This document shows positions 9,529-18,808 of a DNA stretch of 64,000 nucleotides, in pieces. Both the position numbers and the translations under genes were made by a program. The stretch is taken from the NCBI GenBank assembly GCA_050294405.1, contig JBNKOC010000024.1:32001-96000 (forward strand). The letters run 5' to 3'. The notes beneath the pieces are model-generated. The model did no database searches. It saw nothing but the letters and a program-made list of their open reading frames with translations, and had not been told where the DNA came from. Source of the DNA: Fibrobacteria bacterium (GTDB lineage: Bacteria; Fibrobacterota; Fibrobacteria; UBA11236; JADFYW01). Positions within the stretch are counted from its first letter, which is position 1, and every line of letters begins with the position of its first letter.

Positions 9529-10767
9529 ATGCAGGTGAATAATTGGGACTTAATTATTGTTGGTGGAGGTGCGGCAGGCTATTTTGCGGCCATAAATTGC
9601 GCGGAATTACAACCAGGTCTTAAAATTTTAATTCTCGAAGCAAGTAAAATGCCCTTGTCCAAAGTCAAGGTTTCCGGGGGCGGCAGATGCAACATAACCA
9701 ACATCCAAAGCCAGCCAAAATTATTAGCAGAAGGCTATCCAAGGGGTAAGCGAGAACTTATTGGGCCCTTCCATAAATTCAATTCCTCTCGAATGATTGA
9801 ATGGCTTAAGGACAGGGGTCTGGAAACAAAAACAGAGCCCGATGGACGGATTTTTCCAACTAGTAACAGTTCTCAATCGGTAATTGACTTATTTCAAAAG
9901 TTAGCAATTCAAAAAGGCGTGAAGCTTCAAACCTCCTCAAAGCTGGTAAAGTTACTGTTTAACAACCCGGGGTTCACTTTATTTCCTTCATCAGGACCAC
10001 AATTAAGCGCTTCTTCTATTTTATTGTGCACAGGCAATCACCCCTCTGGATACCAATTGGCAGCTTCCTTAGGGCATAAAATTATAAAGCCGGTTCCCGC
10101 ATTATTTAGCTTCAAAACGAACGCTTCTCTACTGAATGGACTTATGGGACTTAGCTTTAAAAAGGCAATACTTAGCTCACCGAAATTGAATAAAAAATTT
10201 CGCATAGAAGGGCCGATGCTCATAACCCATTGGGGGCTAAGCGGGCCTGCCATATTAAAGTTCAGTTCCTTTGTCGCCCTTGAATTACATCAATTAGCTT
10301 ATCGCTTTCCCTTGCGCATCAATTTTTTGGGAATTTCTAATATGGAATTGGCCAAATTAGAAATTTTAAATTTATTAAAAGAAAACTCCGGAAAGCAAAT
10401 AGGAAAAACAGCTCCCCAAAACATACCTAAGCGTTTTTGGGAAAACTTGTTATTGGAATCCAATATTTCGCCAGTTAAAAGCGCGGAACAATTGAATAAA
10501 AAAGAAATCCAACTTTTGGTAAATAATCTGACTCAATTTGAAATTCAAATACATGACAAAGGACCCTTTAAAGAAGAATTTGTTACGGCTGGGGGCGTCC
10601 ATTTAAAAGAAGTTCATTTTAATTCCATGGAAAGCAAACTTGTGCCCAATTGCTATTTTGCCGGGGAAATTTTAAATATAGATGGGATTACAGGCGGGTA
10701 CAATTTTCAAAATGCCTGGACAACAGCCTATTTATGCGCCCAGGATGTTTCAAAAACAGCCTTGTAG
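9529..10767 (+). CDS. HI0933/YhiN(BaiN)-family flavoprotein
   Basis: IVGGGAAG, KVKVSGGGRCNITN, GRIFP, LITHWGLSGPAIL, EFVTAGGV and GEILNIDGITGGYNFQNAW. Confidence 0.93.
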   Translation: MQVNNWDLIIVGGGAAGYFAAINCAELQPGLKILILEASKMPLSKVKVSGGGRCNITNIQSQPKLLAEGYPRGKRELIGPFHKFNSSRMIEWLKDRGLETKTEPDGRIFPTSNSSQSVIDLFQKLAIQKGVKLQTSSKLVKLLFNNPGFTLFPSSGPQLSASSILLCTGNHPSGYQLAASLGHKIIKPVPALFSFKTNASLLNGLMGLSFKKAILSSPKLNKKFRIEGPMLITHWGLSGPAILKFSSFVALELHQLAYRFPLRINFLGISNMELAKLEILNLLKENSGKQIGKTAPQNIPKRFWENLLLESNISPVKSAEQLNKKEIQLLVNNLTQFEIQIHDKGPFKEEFVTAGGVHLKEVHFNSMESKLVPNCYFAGEILNIDGITGGYNFQNAWTTAYLCAQDVSKTAL

Positions 10768-10842
10768 CTAGAATTTAGCAGTAAAAGAACAGAAGGTCTC
10801 CTTTATTTATTAAATTAAAACCACTGGACGAATCAAAAGATA

Positions 10843-12459
10843 TTGGGATATTTTAAAGGGGGAAATACTGTGAGCAACAAGTTAAAATATTTTGACCGTT
10901 TTATGTGCTTGCTTTTATTATGCACAACTTCGCTTTTTAGCCAAACTAAAGTTGCATGTATAGGAAACAGTATAACCGAAGGTGGAAATCCAGGTTATGT
11001 ACAACTTTTAGGGCAAAAATTGGGTAGTAATTTTGAGGTCAGAAATTACGGGGTATCTGGGAGAACCATGTTAAAAAATGGAGATAGTCCCTATTGGAAT
11101 GAGCCGCAATGGCAGCAAGTTCAATCCTGGAATCCCGATGTTGTAACTATCATGCTGGGAACTAACGATTCCAAGCCCTGGAATTGGGATGACCACAAAG
11201 ATGAATTCATTACAGATTATCGGGAAATGGTAGAAATTTTAGAAAACCTGTCTTCGAATCCTAAAATAATGTTAGTGCTTCCTCCCCATGCTGGAGAAGA
11301 GAGTTTTAGTATCCGGGGAAGTGTTATTAAAGCAGAGCAAATTCCTCAAATAATCCAATTAGCCGGTGAAAAAGAGCTAACTCTGATTGACATTAATACT
11401 CCCACACAAGACAAGCTTTATTTATTTCCTGATGAAGTGCATCCCAATAATGAGGGCCATGAATTACTAGCAGATGTATTTTATGAATCCATTTCAAACC
11501 TGTTACAATTAAAGCCAACAAAAACCAAATTGCTATGGTATGGGAATGCTCCCCAGTCCCGCGGGCGCGAAGAAAAAGATAAACCATGGGTAGATATATA
11601 TCCGGCACCAGACAGCTCCCAAAATCCAGCTGCTGTTTTGATTTGCCCCGGAGGCGGATACAGTGGATTAGCCTTGGATCATGAAGGAAAACAAGTAGCT
11701 GAATGGTTTAACCAAAGAGGCTTTTATGCATTTGTACTCCATTATCGCCTCGGCCAGGATTACCAGCACCCTGTCCCTCTAACAGACGCCCAAAGGGCTT
11801 TGAGAATAATCCGCCATTATGCTAATGATTGGGGCATAGATAGCAGTCGAATTGGAGTTTTGGGCTTTTCAGCAGGCGGGCACCTGGCTTCCAGTTTAGG
11901 TACCCATTTTGATGAGGGTATTTCGGATACATCGGATGTAATCGAACAAAAAAACTGCAGGCCGGATTTTATGGCACTCATTTATCCGGTAATAACCATG
12001 ACTTACCCTTATACCCATGGGGGGTCCAGAGATAATTTATTAGGCTCAAATCCTTCCAGTACGCTAGTGGACTTTATGTCTTCTGAAAAACAAGTCACTG
12101 AAAATACCCCAATTTGCTTTTTGACTCATGGGACGGCTGACGATGTCGTTCCCATTGAAAACAGTGAAATGATGGATAGTGCTTTATCCGCTAATTCCGT
12201 AGAACATGAATTTTTTATTGATACAGGAAAGCCCCACGGTTATGGCTTAGATGGCCTTTGGCCGGAAGCTTTTGAGAATTGGATGCGTGAGCTGGGAGTT
12301 ATTCCTGTTTCCATTACAGCTAAATTAGAAAGAACAAAGGCTGGCAATAAAAGATATTTGGTAAATGATAAATGGTATTTCAAAAACTCCACTTCCAATA
12401 AAAATTCAAACTATTTGTTTGATGGGATAGGACGAAGAACACTTATAGCCACCCCATAA
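10843..12459 (+). CDS. Secreted two-domain esterase: SGNH/GDSL domain + alpha/beta-hydrolase (BD-FAE-like) domain
   Basis: SGNH blocks GNSITEG, NYGVSG, LGTND and DEVHPN; second domain ICPGGGY, GFSAGGHLA, HGTADDVVP and HGYG. Start may be GTG 10870. Confidence 0.88.
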   Translation: MGYFKGGNTVSNKLKYFDRFMCLLLLCTTSLFSQTKVACIGNSITEGGNPGYVQLLGQKLGSNFEVRNYGVSGRTMLKNGDSPYWNEPQWQQVQSWNPDVVTIMLGTNDSKPWNWDDHKDEFITDYREMVEILENLSSNPKIMLVLPPHAGEESFSIRGSVIKAEQIPQIIQLAGEKELTLIDINTPTQDKLYLFPDEVHPNNEGHELLADVFYESISNLLQLKPTKTKLLWYGNAPQSRGREEKDKPWVDIYPAPDSSQNPAAVLICPGGGYSGLALDHEGKQVAEWFNQRGFYAFVLHYRLGQDYQHPVPLTDAQRALRIIRHYANDWGIDSSRIGVLGFSAGGHLASSLGTHFDEGISDTSDVIEQKNCRPDFMALIYPVITMTYPYTHGGSRDNLLGSNPSSTLVDFMSSEKQVTENTPICFLTHGTADDVVPIENSEMMDSALSANSVEHEFFIDTGKPHGYGLDGLWPEAFENWMRELGVIPVSITAKLERTKAGNKRYLVNDKWYFKNSTSNKNSNYLFDGIGRRTLIATP

Positions 12460-12480
12460 TTCAAATATTTTATTCGAATA

Positions 12481-14013
12481 TTACCTCTTGCCGTTGTTTA
12501 GTTTTAAAGTGTACATATCTGTCCTTCTATCCCTAAGGTTTCGAACACTGCCCTTTTCATGCAGTTCTGTGAGGAGGGTCAAATCCACTTCAGCAACTAA
12601 TATCATTTCGGTATTAGGCGTTGCCTCCGCTTTTATTCCATTTCGGGGAAAAGCAAAATCACAGGGCGTAAACACCACAGATTGTGCAAATTGGATATCC
12701 ATGTTGTGTACTTTGGGAATATTTCCCACATTACCGGCTATGGCCACATAACATTCATTTTCTATGGCTCTGGCTTGCGCACAGTGTCGGACTCTGGAAT
12801 AGCCATTTTGAGTATCCGTTAAAAAGGGGACAAACAAGATTTTCATTTCCTGCTCAGCAAGAAGCCGTCCTAATTCGGGGAACTCCACATCATAACATAT
12901 GAGTATGCCGATTTTTCCGCAATCCGTATCAAATACTCTAAGCTGTTTACCTCCTGTCATGCCCCAGAGCTTATCTTCGTCCGGCGTAACATGCATCTTG
13001 ATGTATTTTTCAATTTCTCCATTTCTTTTGCATAAATAACCCACATTGTAAAGATTTCCCCCGCGAAGTTCTGGCATACTACCAGTGATGATATTGATAT
13101 TATAGGATATGGCCATAGATACAAAATGGTCCTTAATGCCTTGGGTAAATTTGGCCAATTCCCGAATGGCATCGGCCTCAGATAAATGGTTGTAAGCGGC
13201 CATTAAAGGCGCGTTAAAAAATTCTGGGAACAGGGCGAAATCGCATCGGTATTGGGAAACTGCGTCCACAAAGTACTCCACCTGCTCCATTAAATCTTCC
13301 AGACCTTTATAGGGCCGCATTTGCCATTGAACTAACCCCAGACGAACCACCGTCTTTGTGGTGTCTATATGGGGCAATTCTTTGGTGTAGTAAATATTGT
13401 CCCATTGTAAAAGCGCCGCATATTCATGGCTGGCTTCATCTCCTCTTAAATACCCCTGCAATACTTTTTTAACATGAAAATCGTTGGACAGTTGAAAAGT
13501 CAAAACAGGGTCATAAATTTTTTTACGCTTCACGCCATCCATATACTCCCGGGGAGTCATTTTAGTTGCGTGTTTATGATAATTCGGGAGACGCCCCCCA
13601 AACACAATACATTTATAGTTTTTTTGTTCGCACAATTCTTTTCGGTAATCGTAAAGCCTTCTTCCCAACCTTAAGCCCCGGTATTTTCCATCAATAAAAA
13701 CATCAATCCCATAAAGAGCATTTCCATTGGGATTGTGGGTGCTAAAGCTGTGGTTGCCTGTTATTTCTTTATAAGTGTGCTCTTCTTCAAAGTCTCCATA
13801 ATCGATTAATATTGATAGTGCGCACCCCACCACTTGGTCGTCTATGGATATTACCACTTGGCCTTCTGGAAACCGAGTAACTAAAGTTTTGATTTGCTCC
13901 CTTGTCCAATAACTGTTGGGAATGTTTTTATAAACCTCCATCATTATTTTTTTCAACCTGGGATAGTCTTTCATCCTTAAAAGACGTAAATCGACTTTGC
14001 CTATTTTGTCCAT
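12481..14013 (-). CDS. Bifunctional GNAT N-acetyltransferase / carbon-nitrogen hydrolase (nitrilase family)
   Basis: N-terminal GNAT motif YRGLRLGRRLY; nitrilase triad E (FPEFF), K (KMHVTP), C (ICYDVEFPE); ARAIEN. Confidence 0.92.
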   Translation of the reverse strand: MDKIGKVDLRLLRMKDYPRLKKIMMEVYKNIPNSYWTREQIKTLVTRFPEGQVVISIDDQVVGCALSILIDYGDFEEEHTYKEITGNHSFSTHNPNGNALYGIDVFIDGKYRGLRLGRRLYDYRKELCEQKNYKCIVFGGRLPNYHKHATKMTPREYMDGVKRKKIYDPVLTFQLSNDFHVKKVLQGYLRGDEASHEYAALLQWDNIYYTKELPHIDTTKTVVRLGLVQWQMRPYKGLEDLMEQVEYFVDAVSQYRCDFALFPEFFNAPLMAAYNHLSEADAIRELAKFTQGIKDHFVSMAISYNINIITGSMPELRGGNLYNVGYLCKRNGEIEKYIKMHVTPDEDKLWGMTGGKQLRVFDTDCGKIGILICYDVEFPELGRLLAEQEMKILFVPFLTDTQNGYSRVRHCAQARAIENECYVAIAGNVGNIPKVHNMDIQFAQSVVFTPCDFAFPRNGIKAEATPNTEMILVAEVDLTLLTELHEKGSVRNLRDRRTDMYTLKLNNGKR

Positions 14014-14025
14014 GCTATTATACCT

Positions 14026-15192
14026 CTAGTTCCAGCCCATTATTCCGGAAATGTAATTTGATAATTCGGTGCCATTAATTTGATGTTGTAATACATTCGG
14101 ATGCCATTCCGCTCCATAACCCACTTTGTAATGATTTGGAGTTAATGAGTAATAATGTATGTTTTCAAAGTTTTTCTGGTATAGTCTTTTGATTAATCCA
14201 TTTAAATATCGTTGAAAAATATCGCTGGTAGGATATGGTTCCCCACTGGCGCTGTCAATGGGATAATCATTGCTCATCATGGGGCCATCTAAAATAAAAA
14301 ATTCCGCATTTGGATAATTTTTGTTTAAGGATACCAAAAATTCAGCATAGGCATTTACAAATTTTGCGGAGTCCGGAGGCCCTCGTACAAAATCATTTGA
14401 ACCCAGACTTACTACAACTGCCTCCGGAATCCAATTTTGAAAATTCCAGCCCTTATCAATATTAAAGGCTGCTCTTCGATACATAATCGGCATTGGTTTT
14501 TTATCCTTTACATCATAATTTTCCAGTATCCCTTTGCCAGAACAACAAATTATATGTGCTTCCGCATTGAATTTACGGGCTAAAATGGCCCCAAAAGTAT
14601 GATAGCTGTCTTGAGTGCTTTTTTTAAATTTATGAGACTTGGTTGAATCCATATTTCCATAACCACAAACCACAGAATTCCCAATAATTTCGATTTTCCT
14701 TTCGGGTGGGTTTGCCATGGGAAATACTTTTCCATTGGGTTCCAATTCAAAACCATAAAATTTTGCTAAGCCTATATGCGCTTCCGTTCGTTTATAAATT
14801 TTTACACTGTGTGGGCCCGGTTTTAAATTCTTAGCAAGAATATGCAGACTATCTTTGGATTTTTTTTCCAGATTAAGAACTTTTACTTTCTTTCCATCGA
14901 TGAAAATATTGAAATAATTTTTAGGAGCCTTTAATTTTACTTTGATGTAGGAACTTTCAAAGTAAGCCTCAATACTTACACCAGACCAATCAAAATTTAG
15001 AACGGAATCCTGGTCAAACAAGTATCGTCCGGTAATTCTAATATTTGGGTTATTGGCTTGGACAAATCGGGGCTTTTCCTCGGGTTCTGAGCAACCCAGA
15101 GATAAAAAAAAGGTGAAAGGCAAAGCCATTCCCCCCACAGCTACAAGGCATTTACCAATAATCCCCATTGTAATCCAATAAATAAAGGACAA
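14026..15192 (-). CDS. CE2-like SGNH acetylxylan esterase, probable lipoprotein
   Basis: N-terminal jelly-roll (GR...DWSG...KRTEA), IEIIGNSVVCGYG, SGKG, LGSNDF and WHPN; SLGC lipobox. True start is probably downstream of the ORF start. Confidence 0.82.
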   Translation of the reverse strand: MSFIYWITMGIIGKCLVAVGGMALPFTFFLSLGCSEPEEKPRFVQANNPNIRITGRYLFDQDSVLNFDWSGVSIEAYFESSYIKVKLKAPKNYFNIFIDGKKVKVLNLEKKSKDSLHILAKNLKPGPHSVKIYKRTEAHIGLAKFYGFELEPNGKVFPMANPPERKIEIIGNSVVCGYGNMDSTKSHKFKKSTQDSYHTFGAILARKFNAEAHIICCSGKGILENYDVKDKKPMPIMYRRAAFNIDKGWNFQNWIPEAVVVSLGSNDFVRGPPDSAKFVNAYAEFLVSLNKNYPNAEFFILDGPMMSNDYPIDSASGEPYPTSDIFQRYLNGLIKRLYQKNFENIHYYSLTPNHYKVGYGAEWHPNVLQHQINGTELSNYISGIMGWN

Positions 15193-15272
15193 AAATATCT
15201 GTTATTTCACCAGATATCCAAACAAATTTTCTAACTAATTATGGGCGGGAACCAGGCTAAAATCCAGATAGA

Positions 15273-15974
15273 TCAAAACAAGCCCAATTGGTAAGATAAA
15301 TTAGCAGAAAACTGCATACCTTTTGAATATTTATACCACTGGGATTTGCCAATTAGCTCCAAGGAAAATGAGGGAAATATATAACTATACCCCACACCGG
15401 CCAGGTAACCTATTTCTGTTTTAGGAAATCCCTGAGTTACTTCCCTTTCAGCGGGATTTAAAAAATTCTGACCAATTCCAAAAAGAGGAAACAGGCTGTG
15501 GCCTAAGTGAGAAAACTCTCCCTTTTGATAATAGTCCATCATGGTGTTTTGATTAAACAAATTAAGTGCACTTATATAATGCAGGTTTACACTGAGCTCT
15601 AGATTGCTTCGTTCCATAGAAATCGAGCCACAAGCTTCTTGGGTACAGTTTAAATTATCCACGTCAAAGGGAATAGATTGGGTAAAAAATTGAGCCTTTA
15701 TTTTAACCACCCACGGTAGCTTGGGAATGCCGTATTGCAAAGAAAAATGGGCATTTTTCCAGAGCAGAGGATCCCTCCCTGGCTCCAAAACTTCCACATA
15801 ACGACTTGAAATGCCTTGAAAATCTTCCATCGAGCTGGACTCATATAAAAAAGCATATCCCAAGCTAACAGAAAATCCGTCATAGCCTTTGCCATGGGAA
15901 AGCCCAGATAATGTAATGGAAAGCGCAATATTCCAAACCCAATTCTTTTTAAAAAAAATCGAAAAATTCCCCAT
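15273..15974 (-). CDS. Hypothetical outer-membrane beta-barrel-like protein
   Basis: Signal-like N-terminus from ATG 15974; alternating strands (GYLAGVGYSY, FSANLSYQLGLF) ending in a C-terminal Phe. Confidence 0.5.
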   Translation of the reverse strand: MGNFSIFFKKNWVWNIALSITLSGLSHGKGYDGFSVSLGYAFLYESSSMEDFQGISSRYVEVLEPGRDPLLWKNAHFSLQYGIPKLPWVVKIKAQFFTQSIPFDVDNLNCTQEACGSISMERSNLELSVNLHYISALNLFNQNTMMDYYQKGEFSHLGHSLFPLFGIGQNFLNPAEREVTQGFPKTEIGYLAGVGYSYIFPSFSLELIGKSQWYKYSKGMQFSANLSYQLGLF

Positions 15975-16104
15975 GATATTTCCCCCAAGAAAATCCCCCT
16001 TTTTGAAATAATTAAAATTCACTTTAAGAAAAAGCTTTTTTTTAATTGCCAAATTTTCAAAATTATTTGACAAATGGCTGGGGTACCGCGGCTATATTAT
16101 AAAC

Positions 16105-16737
16105 ATGAGGATTTGCCACTTAATTTTATTGTTTCTCTTCCCAACAACGCTTTTTTCCCAACCTCAATGGCAGCTCGAAACCAAACACATGCAAGCTGAT
16201 TTATTGGAAAATGAAATGGAGTTTGCCATTGGCCATTCTGCTTGGAAAATTATGGAATTTGACTTATCCATTGTCAACAACGCCCAGTGGGAAAAATATC
16301 CAAATAACATTTTTAACAGAATATATTATGAAGGGAGTTTTTCCATTTCAAAAGAAATTGGAATATTAAGCTTTAGTCTTGACCCCATGTTAGTTTATGA
16401 TAATGATTGGTACTTTGTAGTTAGCCCTAAATTTTCGTTAGCCTATCAGCAAAGCATTCTGGAACTGTCCAACGAACTGGAAGCTTTTTATAATTTTGGC
16501 AATTCTGAAGGTTGGAACGTAAACACCAGCGATTTAATGTTAAGTTTCTTTGAGAGCGATATCATCCTAAAAGCCTGGATAAATAATGAAATAGAATTCA
16601 ATTTTGATGAGTATAGCAACAAATTAAATATTGGTCCTTTATTGGAATACAAAAATATAGGATTCAGTGTAAGCTATACCGGATATTATCATCCCTGGCA
16701 AAATGGCTTTCAAATTTTATGGGGATTTAATTATTAG
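16105..16737 (+). CDS. Hypothetical exported protein, possible small outer-membrane beta-barrel
   Basis: Signal peptide MRICHLILLFLFPTTLFS; aromatic-rich amphipathic strands; ends GFQILWGFNY. Confidence 0.5.
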   Translation: MRICHLILLFLFPTTLFSQPQWQLETKHMQADLLENEMEFAIGHSAWKIMEFDLSIVNNAQWEKYPNNIFNRIYYEGSFSISKEIGILSFSLDPMLVYDNDWYFVVSPKFSLAYQQSILELSNELEAFYNFGNSEGWNVNTSDLMLSFFESDIILKAWINNEIEFNFDEYSNKLNIGPLLEYKNIGFSVSYTGYYHPWQNGFQILWGFNY

Positions 16738-16754
16738 TCCAGCAATTGTTTTCT

Positions 16755-16786
16755 TGCAAATTTGTCACCACTTAGTCATTTTGGCA
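16755..16786 (+). promoter_or_regulatory. Pair of putative sigma-54 enhancer-binding protein sites
   Basis: TGCAAATTTGTCA (16755-16767) and AGTCATTTTGGCA (16774-16786), about 75-105 bp upstream of the -24/-12 element; the same motif occurs at 32111-32178. Confidence 0.55.
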
Positions 16787-16860
16787 ATCCAAATTCCATA
16801 AACCCTTTAAAAGCAAAGGTTTCATTTTCAAATTCATCCAATTGGAAGAAGCTTCCGACA

Positions 16861-16876
16861 TGGCATATAATTTGCA
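16861..16876 (+). promoter_or_regulatory. Sigma-54 (-24/-12) promoter of the hemerythrin-like gene
   Basis: TGGCATATAATTTGCA has exact GG-N10-GC spacing with TGGCA...TTGCA context, about 40 bp upstream of ATG 16914. Confidence 0.78.
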
Positions 16877-16913
16877 AAATGTTTCAAGAAACAATTAACC
16901 AGCGAGGGATCGT

Positions 16914-17384
16914 ATGGCCATTGAAAAAAGCAAATCCATTGTAGTTGAAATATTAGAAGAAGAACATAGAGCCCTCAACGAAATTGTTTCTAGAATCAGA
17001 AATACAGTGGATGGCATAAAACTATTGGACTTTGAACAACCGGCGCGAGGGGAAGTTCTTTCTCTGTTTGATTATTTCTATCACCGCCTGAAATTTCATT
17101 TCCATACTGAAGAAGAATTGGGGTTATTAAAAGACATTGCCAAAGACAAACCCCGATATCGCGGGAATGTGGATAACCTTTTTATTGATCACAAAAGCTT
17201 ACTGGAACAACTAAACAATATTATTGAGCTTTATTTCAAAAATAAACCCTGTGCTAGTTCCAAAGAGCTTGATGAGTTTGTAAATTCAGTAAACGAGTTC
17301 TTTTTAAGTTTTAAAGAACATGAATCCCGTGAAACTAGCTTTGTGCTGGATGCTGAGAATACGGATTTAGGATCTCACGATTAA
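16914..17384 (+). CDS. Hemerythrin-like (HHE cation-binding) di-iron protein
   Basis: EEEHRAL, HFHTEEE, DHKSL and HESRE give an H...HxxxE...H...HxxxE ligand pattern in a four-helix protein. Confidence 0.8.
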   Translation: MAIEKSKSIVVEILEEEHRALNEIVSRIRNTVDGIKLLDFEQPARGEVLSLFDYFYHRLKFHFHTEEELGLLKDIAKDKPRYRGNVDNLFIDHKSLLEQLNNIIELYFKNKPCASSKELDEFVNSVNEFFLSFKEHESRETSFVLDAENTDLGSHD

Positions 17385-17436
17385 GTTTTAAGAAGGTTGT
17401 AAAAACCCGCAATTGATTCCAATTTAGGAATCTCAA

Positions 17437-17580
17437 TTAATAACAAATTCGTTTATCGCATCCTTTGCTGTGATCGCAGTGGTCACAGCCATTTTTTTCA
17501 GCGGCTGATTTTAATCTTAGAATAGCATAAATTGGGCAAAGAACCATGAGTGAAGCTATAACAAATATATGTACCAGCAT
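17437..17580 (-). CDS. Small Cys-rich single-pass membrane peptide (47 aa), last gene of the rnf operon
   Basis: ATG at 17580, 4 nt after the rnfA stop; MLVHIFVIASLMVLCPIYAILRLK (TM) then GCDHCDHSKGCDKRICY. Confidence 0.6.
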   Translation of the reverse strand: MLVHIFVIASLMVLCPIYAILRLKSAAEKNGCDHCDHSKGCDKRICY

Positions 17581-17584
17581 AATA

Positions 17585-18172
17585 TTAACCCTGACTAAAC
17601 AAGCCCGCAAAACCCATAAAAGCCAAAGATAAAATTCCGGCAATTAAAAAATTAAAAGCTGCGCCTCTGATAACATCTGGCGGCTGATTTAAATCAGCCT
17701 CCTCCCTTAAACCCGCCATTATAACTAAAGCTAATGTTAATCCAGCACCCGCTCCAAGAGCGTAAACAATACTTTGAGCCAAGCCGTAATTTTTACTGGT
17801 TTGAAAAAGAGCCAGTCCCAATATGGCGCAATTGGTGGTAATTAGCGGTAAGAAAATTCCCAATGCCTGGAAAAGTCCCGGGCTGAGTTTTTTAATTGCC
17901 ATTTCCACAAACTGAACTGCAGAGGCTATAACCAAAATAAAACTGATAAGTCTTAAATATGGAGCATAAGGCAAGATAAACCTGTTGAGGCCGTATGCAG
18001 ATAAGGAGGTAATAAGCAACACAAAAATGTTGGCTAAGCCCATTCGAAAGGCTGTATCCAATTTATTACTGACTCCAAAAAATGGACAAAGGCCCAGAAA
18101 ATAGGTCAATGTAAAGTTATTAATTAAGCTGGCCGAAAAAAAGATCCAAACCAGTTCCTGTAAGCTATCCAT
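17585..18172 (-). CDS. rnfA: Rnf electron transport complex subunit A
   Basis: NNFTLTYFLGLCPFFGVS, LGIFLPLITTNCAILG and AFMGFAG. Confidence 0.93.
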   Translation of the reverse strand: MDSLQELVWIFFSASLINNFTLTYFLGLCPFFGVSNKLDTAFRMGLANIFVLLITSLSAYGLNRFILPYAPYLRLISFILVIASAVQFVEMAIKKLSPGLFQALGIFLPLITTNCAILGLALFQTSKNYGLAQSIVYALGAGAGLTLALVIMAGLREEADLNQPPDVIRGAAFNFLIAGILSLAFMGFAGLFSQG

Positions 18173-18174
18173 TT

Positions 18175-18807
18175 TTAATCCTTATTAACAAATTCAGTTT
18201 TTTCTGATTTCCTTTTTTTTATGATTGATATAACTAATAACAAAAGCCCAAGTGTGAAAAAGCCCCCAGGTGGCAAACTCATAATAACCCAGGGCTCAAA
18301 ATTTTTCCCGAATATAGCTATGCCTGCCAAAGTGCCTGCGCCTAATATTTCCCTTATCCCCCCTATCATACAAAGAGCAAGAGTGAAACCAAGGGCCATT
18401 CCCAAGGCATCTAAAATGGAAGGAAGCCATTTGTTTTTATAGGAAAACGCCTCTTGCCTCCCCAAAATCAGGCAGTTCACCACAATAAGGGAAATAAAGG
18501 CCCCTAGTTGTTTATGTATTTGAGGAAAATAAGCCGCCAGTAAAAAATCTACAGTAGTAACATAAGAAGCGATGATAATAATAAAAACAGATATCCTCAC
18601 CGCCTTGGGAATAAAAAAGCGCAGCAAGGAAACCAGCAAACTGGACCCAGCTAACACAAATAAAGTGGCAAGTCCCATGGCCAACCCATTGATAAAGCTA
18701 TTTGTTACTGCCAAAGCAGGACAAAGCCCCAAAACTGCCACCAAAACAGGATTTTCCTTCCAAATCCCTTTGATAAATTCCTGGCTTAAGTTTTGATTAT
18801 TTTCCAT
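18175..18807 (-). CDS. rnfE: Rnf electron transport complex subunit E
   Basis: GIWKENPVLVAVLGLCPALAVT, LIVVNCLILGR, GIREILGAG and PPGGF. Confidence 0.93.
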   Translation of the reverse strand: MENNQNLSQEFIKGIWKENPVLVAVLGLCPALAVTNSFINGLAMGLATLFVLAGSSLLVSLLRFFIPKAVRISVFIIIIASYVTTVDFLLAAYFPQIHKQLGAFISLIVVNCLILGRQEAFSYKNKWLPSILDALGMALGFTLALCMIGGIREILGAGTLAGIAIFGKNFEPWVIMSLPPGGFFTLGLLLLVISIIKKRKSEKTEFVNKD

Positions 18808-18808
18808 G

